Source of the DNA: Eledone cirrhosa
Lineage: Eukaryota
Direction: 5' to 3'
Assembly (NCBI GenBank): GCA_964016885.1
Contig: OZ024746.1
Span: forward strand, 82,770,001 to 82,834,000
DNA: 64,000 nucleotides
Below are positions 47,430-60,689 of this stretch, one piece after another (the stretch's first letter is position 1; every line of letters starts with the position of its first letter). The notes beneath the pieces were generated by a model. That model ran no database searches, was not told the origin of the DNA, and was given only the letters and a program-made list of their open reading frames with translations. A program made the position numbers and the translations under genes.

Positions 47430-48938
47430 ATTGCATTATACTACAGGGCGTGCAGCTGCAGAATTCTTGGCACATTTATAATGCAATTGAGTGGCTAAGT
47501 TAATGTGCAAACATTTGCCGAACAACTACTTTAGTTTGGCCATCAATCAATGAGACGCTCGGTAACACCTTGCCAAAGGGTCGCACATTAAATATGGTCA
47601 GTAATGTAATGCAGCAGCTTGATATCTTGATCATATACTATTGTTTTTATTTTGTCTTATTGATGTCCTTGTTGTTGCTGTTTATGTTTTATTTTGGCCA
47701 CCATTTTTGTTTTTCTTGTTGTTGTTATTGTACTGTATTTTTTTTATTATGGCCTCCGCTGCTGTTTTTCATGTCTATTTTTTTTTTATTGTGGACGCCT
47801 CTGTTGATTTTCTTGTTGTTCATGTTTATTTATCTTTATTGTGGCATCCCTTGCTGTTTTTATTCTTGTATATATGTTTTTATAATGGCCGCCGTTGTTG
47901 ATGTTGTTGTTGCTATTGTTGTTGTTTCCTGTTATTCTAACGCTCTTTAACAATTGAAAGTGTCGGGCCGAGACACCCTGATAATCCTGGTTGTCTTGTT
48001 TATCTCAGAAGTAGACATTTTTTTAGAGAAAGGTTACAGGGATGTGACCCCTCAAACACCAACTCAAAACAAACACTGGTCATTTATTTACATATTTGAT
48101 CTTTTCTCTCTTTTGTTTTTACTTTCTCCCCTGTCTGCCTGTCTTTCTCTGTCTTTCTCACTCTCTCTGTATATATATATACCTCCGTAGAAGCAGATTT
48201 TAAACATTGATTGCATATTTATATCTCTATCTCTCCTTTAATTTTTTTTAATAATAGATCAGATACTTTATAGATTCCGAAGGGGATAGAGTTTGAACCA
48301 GTCTGGAGTACCTATTTGCTTTTTGTTGTTTATATTTTTAGTACACTAAGTGATAGCAAAAAGCAAATCACCGATGAATTTTACATGGCCGCCTTAATCG
48401 GCTAAAGTTAAGAAAGTACTCATTAATGATAGAATGCCTCTATGTATGGACTTGTAGCATCTGTTTACAGTTAGAAGTAATGAAAGAATCACTAAGTGGT
48501 TGATTGCACTGTAAGAAACAGCAGCCTATCCTTTCACAAATACTTCACCCCCACCCCAGAAGTCTTTAAAAGAAATTCGAGGACATATTGGATAATATGG
48601 TATGAAATAAACGATGTCTAAAAGATAGGATGGTCACAGAAAGTCTTTGATCATAGATTTGCTCGAGCTCACATTTTGATATTGTGAATCAGAGATTCAG
48701 GAATTTTGACGGTTGAGACCAACACAGCAAGAGTTATTGGTTAGAAATTAATAATCCCTTTGTTGGTAATACGAGCCCCTATCATCTCGATTAGGCTAAC
48801 TCCGAGTCTCATCTCAGAACATTGCAGTAGGCAAACCTAGAACTCTATATTTGACAAATGTTTCGTTAGCTTGCAGTATTGAGTTCAAGTCTTATTCTAT
48901 TCTTTCGTTCTCTCTTTCTTTCTCTCTTTCTTTCATTT

Positions 48939-49046
<108 letters not shown>

Positions 49047-50076
49047 ATTTGTTGTCTCCACCCAGTGGTGCTTAAAAGATGGGGGGACTGCGATGTGAAC
49101 GCGTTTTTCTGACCACCCTCATGGAGCCACGGTAAATTTTTCAAAGAAATCATTAAGTTGAACTTCAGAGAAAAATGCAAAATTTAAAGTTTTAGACTCT
49201 TGTCCTTCATCAGATAAACAGAAAAAGAAAGGGAAATGATGTCACTTTCTCTCTTTTCCACCTATCTTAGGTGAAGAGAATGCTGAAACGTTAGATTCTT
49301 CACTCTTCACTGCTATTAAACCCTCGTAACAAATTCTCAGTAATAAATACGAGATCTAGGATTGTTATCTGTAATAGACTGACTGGTGCACCGTTCATGT
49401 CTCATGCAAGTAACCCCATGAAACCAGATAGGAGTTTTGGTAACAGATAAATCACTGATGGATGCCTTAACTTGCGTATTAATATGAATTCTAAACAATA
49501 CTTTTTAATCTTGAATTATTGAGTAACAGCTAACCAAGTCAATAAATTAATAGTTTATCAGGCCTGTGTGTCAACACTTCATATCCTGGCAACCTTGCCA
49601 ATGTATGTATACTACACAGACAAATATACAATGTAATTAACCTTGGTGATTTATTTCTTTAAATATGCTAAATATTCTCACCTACTCGTGAACAGTATTG
49701 CAAATCTACTAAGTGCTTCTCTCATAACTATCTCGGCAAGACCAATGAGGAGGTTTAATATGATCGAAACATGTCCAGATGTGTCCCCCCTACTAGCTGA
49801 AAATATTAAACGGAATATTAGGGATCGAGCTAAAATTGTCTTTTCCTCGCCACATCAATATTTCAGATTAGATTTTTAATGGTTTCTACATTAAATTTAA
49901 TTCAGCTAATTTGGTAAAAATACGTAACTTTCATGAAGAATTTAAGCGAGCTGCGTGGCATCGGGCAAACTTGACCTGCCGTATTTGTGGTGGACATCTT
50001 TCTTCCAGGGTTAGCCTGGTTAGACAAGGAATTCATAAGATCAGATAAAAAATTGACATGCCAAGTTTCATGTGCG

Positions 50077-50162
<86 letters not shown>

Positions 50163-50489
50163 ACACTGTTACACTGTTATATGTAAGACCGGATTAAGTC
50201 CCTTTGAGGCCCCAAACTCTTAAAAAAGGGTGGTACGCCTCCCACTTACTCTGCTAAAAAGCTTTTTGTTTGAATGACAAATAAACTTAATTTGAATACA
50301 ATTGTATGTGTCGTTCCTTGATGCCCTAGACATGTGCTTACTTTGCTTCAGGGTTAATCTAGCTTCGATTATATATAACTATTTATACGAACTTTCTTCC
50401 TTAATTCAGTTTTGATAGAAACTATTTATATTTATCTGGTAGAATTTACGCTATCTGTATTTGATCAAAAGTTAGTCTCTAATGAAATT

Positions 50490-51754
50490 TATCATCACCA
50501 CCACTACCACAACCACCACCACCACCACCACCACGACCACAACCACCACCACCACCACCACTACCACAACCACCACCACAACCACCACCACCACCACCAC
50601 GACCACAACAACCATGACTACCACCAACACCACCACCACCACGACCACAACAACCACGACTACCACCACCACCACCACCACGACCACTACCACAACCACC
50701 ACGACCACTACCACAACCACCACCACCACCACCACCACCACCACCACCACCACCACCACCAACACCACCATCACCACCGCGGCAACCATCATCACCACGA
50801 CGACCTCCACCACGACGACGACCACCACCACCACTACCACGACCACAACAACCACGACTACCACCAACACCAACACCACCATCACCACCGCGGCAACCAT
50901 CATCACAACCACCACGACGACGGCCACCACCACAACCACCACCACCACGACAACTACGTCCACGACGACGACGACGACGACGACCCCGACTACGACCCCC
51001 CCCCCCCCCCCCCTCCCCCACAACTACGTCCACGACGACGACGACCACCACCACCACCACCACCACCACCACCACCAAAACTCTCATTCCAGTCTGGCTC
51101 TGTTACTAATACTTTCCTTTCTAAACAATGCTACAAGACGAGCAAATGTGCAGCAACTCTCATAGTGAGCAAAAGTGGTGAGAAAAACGATCCCGGCGAT
51201 GTCAACTTCTTAGTCAAAGTGTACAGCAGTTGCTGACGAGCAAGTAAATATCAAAGGTTGGCCAAGAAATTTAATGTAGTTTGCTTGATATGGTTTCCGT
51301 GTAATGGTGCTTGAAGTATCATCAGCTTCTTATTTAATATTCCTCTATTAAGATCTTCCTTTAGATTGTTGGAGTGTATTGATGAGAATAATGCTAGTAA
51401 ATGTGTCCTTTGTAGACTGTTACTGAAACAAAGAAATTTGAAGGAAAAAAAAAACTAAGCACGCTCACATATATACGTATATGCATACGACATACACCAC
51501 ACACACACACACTTATATATATATATATATGCATGCATCCATCCATACATACATACATACATATATACATATATACACACATATATGCATACATACATAT
51601 AGACACATACAAACAAACACACACAAACACACTTATATCCATATGCATACATACACACACACATATATATATATATTTATACACATCAGTACGTATATAC
51701 ATGCATGCATAGATACATACATACATATACATTACGCACAGTTATATGTATGCA

Positions 51755-51816
<62 letters not shown>

Positions 51817-52256
51817 TACATACGTACACACACGCACACATATATGTCTGTATGTGTATGCACATCATACACACATTCATTCAGACATGCATACATACGT
51901 GCATACATATATATGCATGCATACATATACACGCATATGCATGCATACATACATACATGCATACATAGTATATACATACACACATACATACATGCATACA
52001 TACGTACATACATGCATACATACATTTATACATACTATATACATACATACATGCATACATACATATATACATATATACATACATACATGCATACATACAT
52101 GCATACATACATACATACATACATACATACATACATACATACATACATACATACATACATACATGCATACATACATACATGCATACATGCATACATACAT
52201 ACATACATGCATACATACATACATACATACATACATACATGCATACATACATACAT
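50490..52256. repeat. (CAC/GAC)n field followed by a (CATA/TA/CA)n field
   Basis: Seen directly, with a short unique interval at ~51080-51470. Confidence 0.9.
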
Positions 52257-52615
52257 GAAGATCAGAAAGCAGGAATAAAAAATTCATGAGAAAGTAATCG
52301 AGCGACTTTATGCACTGCGTTACACACAAACATATCACGTGGTCCAGCTAATTCCGACTGGCGTTTGAATACATTTAAATTAGATCTGCACACGTATAAA
52401 GTTTATAGTGCCGATAGCTTTGCGCCGCCATTGTCAACAATATGCTTTGCCAACTGTGCAAAATTTGGAGAAGAACCAGAAGAACAGCTTGAATCCGCAC
52501 GTTAACTGGAATATATTAACTATCAACGTTTGCCATTATCAACTGTAATTGAATCTAGTTAAAGTTAATAAATTGTTTATTAACGCTCACATGTTTGCTG
52601 GTTGATTCTGTTTAA

Positions 52616-52839
52616 CCCTTTAGCAATTACGTTTCTCTATATATACTATTATATTTTTTTTCTATTATATTTTCACGGTAAAGGCTTTATCTCACATACT
52701 ATCGAATCTATGAGATTTTGATGTTATTTATATAAAGAACAATACCTTAACATAAATATGAGCAGCCGGTTATGGTCGGTTTGAACAGAAAGATGTGAGA
52801 GAATTCTGGCTGCATATGGCCGGTTTAAATGCTAAAGAG
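52616..52839. mobile_element. piggyBac-type MITE
   Basis: TTAA-ccctttagca ... tgctaaagag-TTAA. Confidence 0.6.
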
Positions 52840-53090
52840 TTAAAGATGTGTCTGCTGGTTAACAGAGAACAACTTTTTGGTACTTAGAAAATCAGTTATT
52901 TGTGTTCAATTAACTCAGAGTGGTGGAAGGTGGAAGGTGGAAGGTGGAAGAGAACATCAGATACTTAGTGTAGTGAGCCCAAAAGATGTTTTAATAATTA
53001 ATATTACATCCGTATTAAAAAAAGATCATTAGTGTTAATGATAAGTTTTATCAACAGCAAGGGAGACACATTCGTAATTAAAATTGATTA

Positions 53091-53251
53091 CCGTAGTCTT
53101 CCATGTATATCACAGATTTTCTTTTTACTTTTTTCCTTCTTTGTTTTAGAGGTGCGCAGAATACACCATAACTAGGCTTTTCCAGACATTTTTCTGATCA
53201 AAAAGGGATGCACGTTATTCATGTATGCGCACAATACACAGAAGACTACGG
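53091..53251. mobile_element. pogo/Tc1-mariner-type MITE
   Basis: TIRs ccgtagtcttc / gaagactacgg with TA on both sides. Confidence 0.75.
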
Positions 53252-53469
53252 TAAATATTGAATGAGAACATTTGTCGAGTGTGAGTCTGACCTTTTGTAA
53301 GTACGGTGACAACAACGGACATTTCTTTTTGTTTTTGGTCTTACTAGACACCTCCGGCGGAGCATAAATTTTAGAATAACTGAGGGAATATATAAGATGT
53401 TAGTGAAAAAACATTTACAGATTCGCAAGTTCAACATTAAGCTAATTTATTGGTGGTAGTCAAATTTTT

Positions 53470-53935
53470 CCAGCCACAGCCTCTCTCTTGGTTTGATCGG
53501 CTACAGTCAGCTTTTGTTTAGTATGTATTATGTAGTGCTATTTCTTAAGGCCATCTTTGACAACCCTTCTGCAAGTTTCGGTGGAGCGACTCGAGGATTG
53601 GTTTTTCCTTTGCAGCGATCGTTTTGGGCTCTGTTCAACAGACTTCGGAACATGTCAATAACTTCCTATGGGCGCTTCCTGGGTCGTCCAGATTGGGTAG
53701 GATGGTCCTCAGACATTGAACTAAGGTTTCTCACTGACTCATAGGTTTCAGATTTTTTCATCCAGGTTTGTATATTGGCTTTGAAGGGAGATTTTTCTGC
53801 TCCCCCAAAATGCATGAAATTGCTCCCGGATCTGCTAGAACGAGCCACACTAATGGTAGTGTTTCAAACAGAAAATCCGGTGTTGGTGCTCCTATTCTGG
53901 TCTTGTCTTCTCGGACGTTGTATTTGCCATATCCC
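53470..53935 (-). pseudogene. Decayed Tc1/mariner transposase N-terminus (DUF4817-type HTH)
   Basis: Frameshifted translation QHRIFCLKHYH*CGS...ANIQTWMKKSETYESVRNL...SGRPRKR...SVEQSPKRSLQRK...TCRRVVKDGLKK*HYIIHTKQKLTVAD, containing GRPR and SPKRS motifs. Confidence 0.75.
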
Positions 53936-54143
53936 GAAAAAAAAAAAAGCACGTCATGGCGAAGCAAACCTCTTAACAGCACAGCTATGTCTGAGCCGCT
54001 GATATAAAATATATAAATGATATACAAATAAGATTGTACAAATAAGAATTAAGTAACGGCTGGAACACCTTTACATCATAAGATGACTCTATCGGGGTGG
54101 ACTCGATCAGGATTGAAGCACAACAACAACAACAATGTCATTT

Positions 54144-54350
54144 CAGCGACGGTGGAACTGGTGGGTCAAGGAACCCAATAATAATATTTTTCTCCCCAAA
54201 CTTCCAAAACCCACATCTATTTGTATATGCACTACATATCGAAGTTTTCTGACCATTTTAGAGTGCAAAGAGCTAAACAAATCACTACAACTAAATTCAC
54301 CAAATTTACCCCCACCCCCACCCCAATTCAGAAGGCTTCCACCGTCCCTG
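54144..54350. mobile_element. hAT-like MITE; partial copies at 24312-24434 and ~37020-37235
   Basis: TIRs cagcgacggtggaa / ttccaccgtccctg. All three copies share an internal atatttttc..cccaaact.ccaaaac.ca.atctatttg.atatgc segment. No TSD is recognisable. Confidence 0.7.
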
Positions 54351-54833
54351 ATATATGTTTGAAGAAAGCTGATGGCTAATTAGATGAACTTCAGTGTATA
54401 ATATCTGCCCGTTATTTTATCGATTCCAGAAGTGTCAAAATTAATATGGAACTGTCAGGGATTTCAACATAACATGCAAAAGGGACGTAACGAGGAAAAT
54501 ATCTCATGATATATTGTCTAACATTATAACAATGCTGGTAATTCTGTAAACCAATAAACAATGAATCGTGTGTTGCATGATATAATGTATAATTAAATTT
54601 CATACTGAAAATGCCACAGAAATCATACCTCACCGTTTAATGTATTCATATAGAATCATTAGATTGACGGATAGAATATTTTACAATATTCATACTGGTT
54701 CTCACCAGTCTGATTTCAAAGCTTGTCTAAGTCAGCGTTCATCCTTTCGAGATCGATAAATAAAGAACCAGCTCTGTATTAAGATTGATTCTTCCATTTT
54801 CTAATTATATGTCTATCTCTCTTAATCCCGTTC

Positions 54834-54965
<132 letters not shown>

Positions 54966-55542
54966 TCCATCTCTTTTTTTCTCACTCTTTCTACTTCTCT
55001 CTTCCCTCTTTCTCTCACACTCTTTATATTTTTCTCTGTGCATACCTGGAGAGGGAAGGGTTCTGTCAGATTTAAACGACCATATCACGACATATGTCAT
55101 GACAGCGCTCATATATTCAGCCTACAATTCAAGACCCATGAATGGATAGATGGATATCAGTATGAAAGGGTTAACGATGAAGACTCTACAACGTTCCTAA
55201 ATCTAATATACAGACTAGTTAAATTTATGCTGAGATTTATTCTAACGATAAAAAAAGTCGAAAATATTTCATAGATCGATTAAATATATTTACGAACAGA
55301 ATGCATTAATATTTTCATATGTAGATAGATTGATATATAAAAAATATATATACTTATATTAGATGTGTATATTATAACACATAATGCACTATAAAAACAC
55401 TAGTGACAAATACTTATAAACAGGCATGTATGGATGCTTACTTACTCGTGTATATTAACACAAAGAGTATTGCGTTCTAGCGTATTCGATACAGTAAGCA
55501 TACATAAGCACACACATATATAAACACACACACACATACACT

Positions 55543-55574
<32 letters not shown>

Positions 55575-55709
55575 ATCACACGTACATACACACACACACA
55601 TATACACACAGACGTATATATATATATATATATATAAACATAAACCATAAACGCATGGCATATATATATAAATATATGTATATATATATGTATGTGTGTC
55701 TGTATATAG

Positions 55710-55760
<51 letters not shown>

Positions 55761-55785
55761 TATATATATAATATATATATATATA

Positions 55786-55860
<75 letters not shown>

Positions 55861-56232
55861 TGTATGTATGTGTAGGGCAGGGTGTAAACATATGTATATA
55901 TATATATATGTATAAATGTATGTGAAAATAATTCATCAAAAATTATTATGCATGCAAATCAAATATTCTATTTATGGTAATGCTGTTTTCAGTATTGGAA
56001 TGTAAAACAAATCTTTCCCAAATGATAAAATATTTTCCTTCGCCATGTTTATGCCCATATATTTATATACTTATATATTCACGTATGTATATATGTTAAA
56101 TATAGCATTAGCAAAAAATTATATCTTCCACTCCTATTTCAATATATATATGTACATATATATATATATATATTACAATACACACACACTCACAGACATA
56201 GACACACACACACACAGACACACTCACAAACA

Positions 56233-56295
<63 letters not shown>

Positions 56296-56349
56296 ACACA
56301 CAGACACACACACAGACACACACACAGACACACTCACAAACAAGCACAC

Positions 56350-56405
<56 letters not shown>

Positions 56406-56544
56406 GTAGGTATGTATGTACATATGAATGAAGTGATGTGATATTTATGTTTATGTGAGATACATATTCCAAAACATTATGGCATATTGAATACGTACTT
56501 ATATAGAACAAAATATTTCTATTTGTTATATAAATGTTATATAT

Positions 56545-56683
<139 letters not shown>

Positions 56684-56706
56684 TATATATATATAAATAT
56701 AAATAC

Positions 56707-56790
<84 letters not shown>

Positions 56791-56935
56791 GAGAAAGAGA
56801 TAAGTACACAAGTTTGAATATATGAATAGTTATAGAAGTATGTATGTATATACAAACATGTGTGCGGCGAACGTTTGTGTAAGTAAGTTTACGAGTTTTG
56901 GATATGTAAGTAAAGAATTATATACATAAATAATA

Positions 56936-56973
<38 letters not shown>

Positions 56974-57234
56974 TTTCTTTATTAACCACAAGGGTTTACA
57001 TAAAGTAGACATTAAGGACAGTGCAGGACAATGCAGGACGGTACAAATGGGCATTTCTGCGTGTAAAAAAAACAAAAATAGAGGATGTAACAAAAATAAC
57101 AATGAAAATAACAATGAAAAATTCCCCAATAGGGGGGAGACTTCGGAGGGACATTTGTGGAGAAAGCCCAGTAAAAAGCCACAATGACCCTGACCACCAA
57201 GGCAAGTGCCCTCTCCCAGTTTTCCACCTTTAGT

Positions 57235-60200
57235 TTACAGATATATACTCAGAGTCGGCCCATTCACTCGGGCCATTCTTGCTTCTCTCACCCATCTTTC
57301 AACAAAATGCTGGGAAGAGAGCACTTCCTTCTCTACTCTGATTTTCCTTTTCAAATGAAATTTGAAAAAGTCAATCAGAGCATCACCGAAGAGGTAAGTG
57401 CTCGTCTTCAGCCCTTTCAAACGTGTCCACCATACTATCTCTTTCGCCATGGCCACCAGACAGATAAAAACTGCCTGCCCTTCCCGGCTAAAGGAGGAGG
57501 GCGGGGCAATCCTCACGATAGACTCAGATGATAGCTGGATCCGTCCTAAACGCGACAGCAGGTGTTCGACATAAACCCACAAGTCAGCAATTTTCGGACA
57601 CTGGACGAGTGCGTGCAGGACGGTTTCGTCGCCCTGCGCGCATCTCGGACATGCCCGGCTGACGGCACCTCCATGCCTGTAGAGTTTATCCCGAACTGGC
57701 AAGGCTCCTCGGTAGCACTGCCAGGCCAGAGATTTCTGGAAGTTGTCCATAGGCCCTGGCCCGAAGGTTCTTCCGAAGAGATTGGCTAGTTGATTTTCGT
57801 CGACGCCTAGAGTTTCCCCAAGTACGTCGTCGCTCTTCCCCTCCACTAATCCTCTATAGAACGCCGAGGTGGAGTTTCCACCGATCACATTGCCCGATTG
57901 GTCGAGGGCTGTGAGCGCCTGAAGACATTCCAGTCTCCAGGCGCTCCCTCTCGGTCTTCGCTTGACCCAGGACTGCAGCTCCGTCAAGGAAACGAGCTGG
58001 GGAAAAACGCGTCTAGCAAACGGCGACCACACCTGATCACCGTCGAGGAAGAGGTGGAGATGTCGTAGCCTGAGCGCGTGCCTGCGCATCATCAGCCACG
58101 GCATGCCCAGCCCTCCACGTAGCGGGTGTTGACAACAGATGGACCGCCTGACCATCGGAGCACGTCCCTTCCACAAAAAGCGAAAGAGCAAACGCTCCAG
58201 CGCAGTCAGGCGAGGCTTAGGACAAGGTACGACGGTTAGGCGGTAGCAGATGACAGACGCGATGTACGCGTTAGCCACCTCCGCTCGACCTTTCAGGGAT
58301 AGCTTCCTCTCCGCCCATTTCTGGGTGAGAGAAGCCACCCTGCTCGTCACCTCGTCCCAGTTTTTGTCCGTCTGGAGGTCCGGACCGAACCAGACCCCTA
58401 GCAATTTAACCGGTCCGTCCGTCCAGCGCCCGACGACGCTGTTGGACGGCATGGACCTGCCTCTCCAGGTGCCGAGCTGCAGGCCCACTGACTTTTCCTG
58501 GTTGATCATTGCTCCTGTCACCGCTTCGTATTCTCTTAGTGTAGTGCCGATCGCCTCGATGTGTTTGGCGTTCGACACCACTACGGTGACATCGTCCGCA
58601 TATGCTGACACGGATCTTCCGCATCCTAGTTCGCGCGGGACTCCCCTCAACGTCTCCAGTTTGTGCAGTAATGGCTCGAGAGTCAATACGTACAAGAGGG
58701 ACGAGAGGGGACATCCTTGGCGGACCGAGCGCATGATGTTGAACGGTTCCGACAGGTGACCGTTCACTCTCACCACAGAGCAGATGTCGCTGTGCATGGC
58801 AGCGATCCAGCCTCTGAAGACGGGCCCAAAGCCAGCCGCCCTCAGGACTGCCGCTAGGTAACGATGGTCGACCCTATCGAAAGCTTTCGACTGATCTAAA
58901 TTGATCAAGGACCCACCCGTGCCAGGTTCCCTAGCTACCCTCTCTACGATGTATCGCATGAGGTGGAGGTTGTCGTGGATGGATCTGTCGGGAATGGCGC
59001 ATGTCTGCGCCTCTCCCACCAGACCACCAACGACAAGCGCCAACCTCTTTGCTAGCACCTTGGCCAAAATCTTAAACTCTGTGTTTAGCAGAGTTATGGG
59101 CCGGAAATTGTCTATGTTATCCCCCTTGTTCGGATCCTTTCTCAGCAGTGCCACCGCTCCTCGGCTCACAGAACTGGGAATTCTCCCGTTCTGTTGCCAG
59201 TTGCAGTAGACGTCCGCCAAGAGGCCTCCGAACAAGTCTGGCATCTGTACGTAAAGTTCATAGGGCAGACCATCCAAACCAGGCGATTTACCCCTTGTGC
59301 AGCCAGTCATTGCCTCCCTTACTTCAGCGGCTGTTATCGGCTTTTCGCAACACTTCGCCTCAGTGGCCGAGAGCCGCGGCAGTCCGTCGAGGTAGACACT
59401 AAAGTCCATCCCTCTACCCGGCCCCCCGCTGCCCCCGAACAGCTGAGCGAAGTGTCGCTGAAAAGCTTCACACATTTGCCCGGGATCGAGTAGCATGCGC
59501 CCGTCGTGGTCCACCAAAGACCGGATCGTGGCTTTGTTGCCACGACGCGCCTCCGCCACTCGGGCCCATTGAACGGCTTTCGTCCCCTCGTGTCTGAGAG
59601 CACGCACCCTAGCTCTGACAACGCAGCCTTCGTGCTTTGCATTGAAGAATTGGTCAAGGGCCAATTTCGCCGCAAGCACGTCGGTCGCAATGCCTTTGCT
59701 AAGCGCCTCGTCTAATTTTCTAACTAGTTCTCCCTCTGCTCTATTTTTCTCTATTGCTAAAGCCTTACTAAACCTAATCGATTCTATTCTAATCGCTCTT
59801 TTCAGAGCAAACCACCACTTGTTGTTGACGATGGCCCCCGTCAACGCCCGCTTAACTAGTTCGCTAATCCGGTCTCTGTAGGCCTTGCGCGCTGGTAAGG
59901 ACGCGTTTAGCTTCCAGTAGCCGGGTCCTCGTCTATGAAGCCTATCTAAGTCAAGCACACAGATCACGAATTTGTGGTCCGTGTAGCTGACTATCTTGAA
60001 TTGTGGACAGCCTATGCTAGACCTATCTATTTCCCTACAAAATACTCTATCTAGATATGATCTGGATGACCCTATGCGGTTTGTCCAAGTCCACATTGGC
60101 ACATTCGGGAAATCCAATCGGTACCTGTCAGACAGTTCAAAACGCCTGAGCAGGTTGGTGAGGCTCTTGCACCCTCCACCCCTATCCGCTAATCCCACAC

Positions 60201-60654
60201 AGTCCCAGCGTGCATCTAAGATCCCGTTCCAGTCGCCCACTAACACTAAAGAGCGCGACGTTCCAAGAAAGGTCTCCAGACGCCGGAAGAAATCAGGCCG
60301 CCCTGCTCCTGTCGGGGCATAGACGGCCACTAGCCTGAAAGCTTGCCCGTCTCCGCTGGTCACGTCCAGCACCACCAGCTTACCCTCTGGGTCCAGGAAG
60401 ATGGCCCGTATGGCGAGATCCAAACCTCTCCGAAAAAGCACAGCAACTCCTCCACCCGATCCAGGACGGCTGGGAGATGCGTACACATCGTAGCCGCCGA
60501 AGATCGGTGCGAAGGCCCGTGCTTCGGAGATTCTGGTCTCGCTGATGGCCACTACATCTATGTTTAGTGACCTGAGGTCGTTGAGCAGGTGACCCTGCTT
60601 CCATGACGACCCCAAGCCACGCGCATTTATGCTGCCTATTCTGAGTGAGGTCAT
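57235..60654 (-). CDS. ORF2: AP-endonuclease + reverse transcriptase + C-terminal zinc finger (L1/Tx1 type), 1139 aa
   Basis: APE motifs SINARGL, ISET, VYAP, VGDWN, YLDRVF, TDHK, then PGYWKLN. RT motifs KSPGLDGLP, FRPITLLN, LDQSKAFDRVDH, VRQGCPLS, AYADD. C-terminal CPRC-x8-H-x4-C (zf-RVT-like). Confidence 0.97.
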   Translation of the reverse strand: MTSLRIGSINARGLGSSWKQGHLLNDLRSLNIDVVAISETRISEARAFAPIFGGYDVYASPSRPGSGGGVAVLFRRGLDLAIRAIFLDPEGKLVVLDVTSGDGQAFRLVAVYAPTGAGRPDFFRRLETFLGTSRSLVLVGDWNGILDARWDCVGLADRGGGCKSLTNLLRRFELSDRYRLDFPNVPMWTWTNRIGSSRSYLDRVFCREIDRSSIGCPQFKIVSYTDHKFVICVLDLDRLHRRGPGYWKLNASLPARKAYRDRISELVKRALTGAIVNNKWWFALKRAIRIESIRFSKALAIEKNRAEGELVRKLDEALSKGIATDVLAAKLALDQFFNAKHEGCVVRARVRALRHEGTKAVQWARVAEARRGNKATIRSLVDHDGRMLLDPGQMCEAFQRHFAQLFGGSGGPGRGMDFSVYLDGLPRLSATEAKCCEKPITAAEVREAMTGCTRGKSPGLDGLPYELYVQMPDLFGGLLADVYCNWQQNGRIPSSVSRGAVALLRKDPNKGDNIDNFRPITLLNTEFKILAKVLAKRLALVVGGLVGEAQTCAIPDRSIHDNLHLMRYIVERVAREPGTGGSLINLDQSKAFDRVDHRYLAAVLRAAGFGPVFRGWIAAMHSDICSVVRVNGHLSEPFNIMRSVRQGCPLSSLLYVLTLEPLLHKLETLRGVPRELGCGRSVSAYADDVTVVVSNAKHIEAIGTTLREYEAVTGAMINQEKSVGLQLGTWRGRSMPSNSVVGRWTDGPVKLLGVWFGPDLQTDKNWDEVTSRVASLTQKWAERKLSLKGRAEVANAYIASVICYRLTVVPCPKPRLTALERLLFRFLWKGRAPMVRRSICCQHPLRGGLGMPWLMMRRHALRLRHLHLFLDGDQVWSPFARRVFPQLVSLTELQSWVKRRPRGSAWRLECLQALTALDQSGNVIGGNSTSAFYRGLVEGKSDDVLGETLGVDENQLANLFGRTFGPGPMDNFQKSLAWQCYRGALPVRDKLYRHGGAVSRACPRCAQGDETVLHALVQCPKIADLWVYVEHLLSRLGRIQLSSESIVRIAPPSSFSREGQAVFICLVAMAKEIVWWTRLKGLKTSTYLFGDALIDFFKFHLKRKIRVEKEVLSSQHFVERWVREARMARVNGPTLSIYL

Positions 60655-60689
60655 GTTTAAAATAGAGTGGAAAAGATGGGAAAGACCAC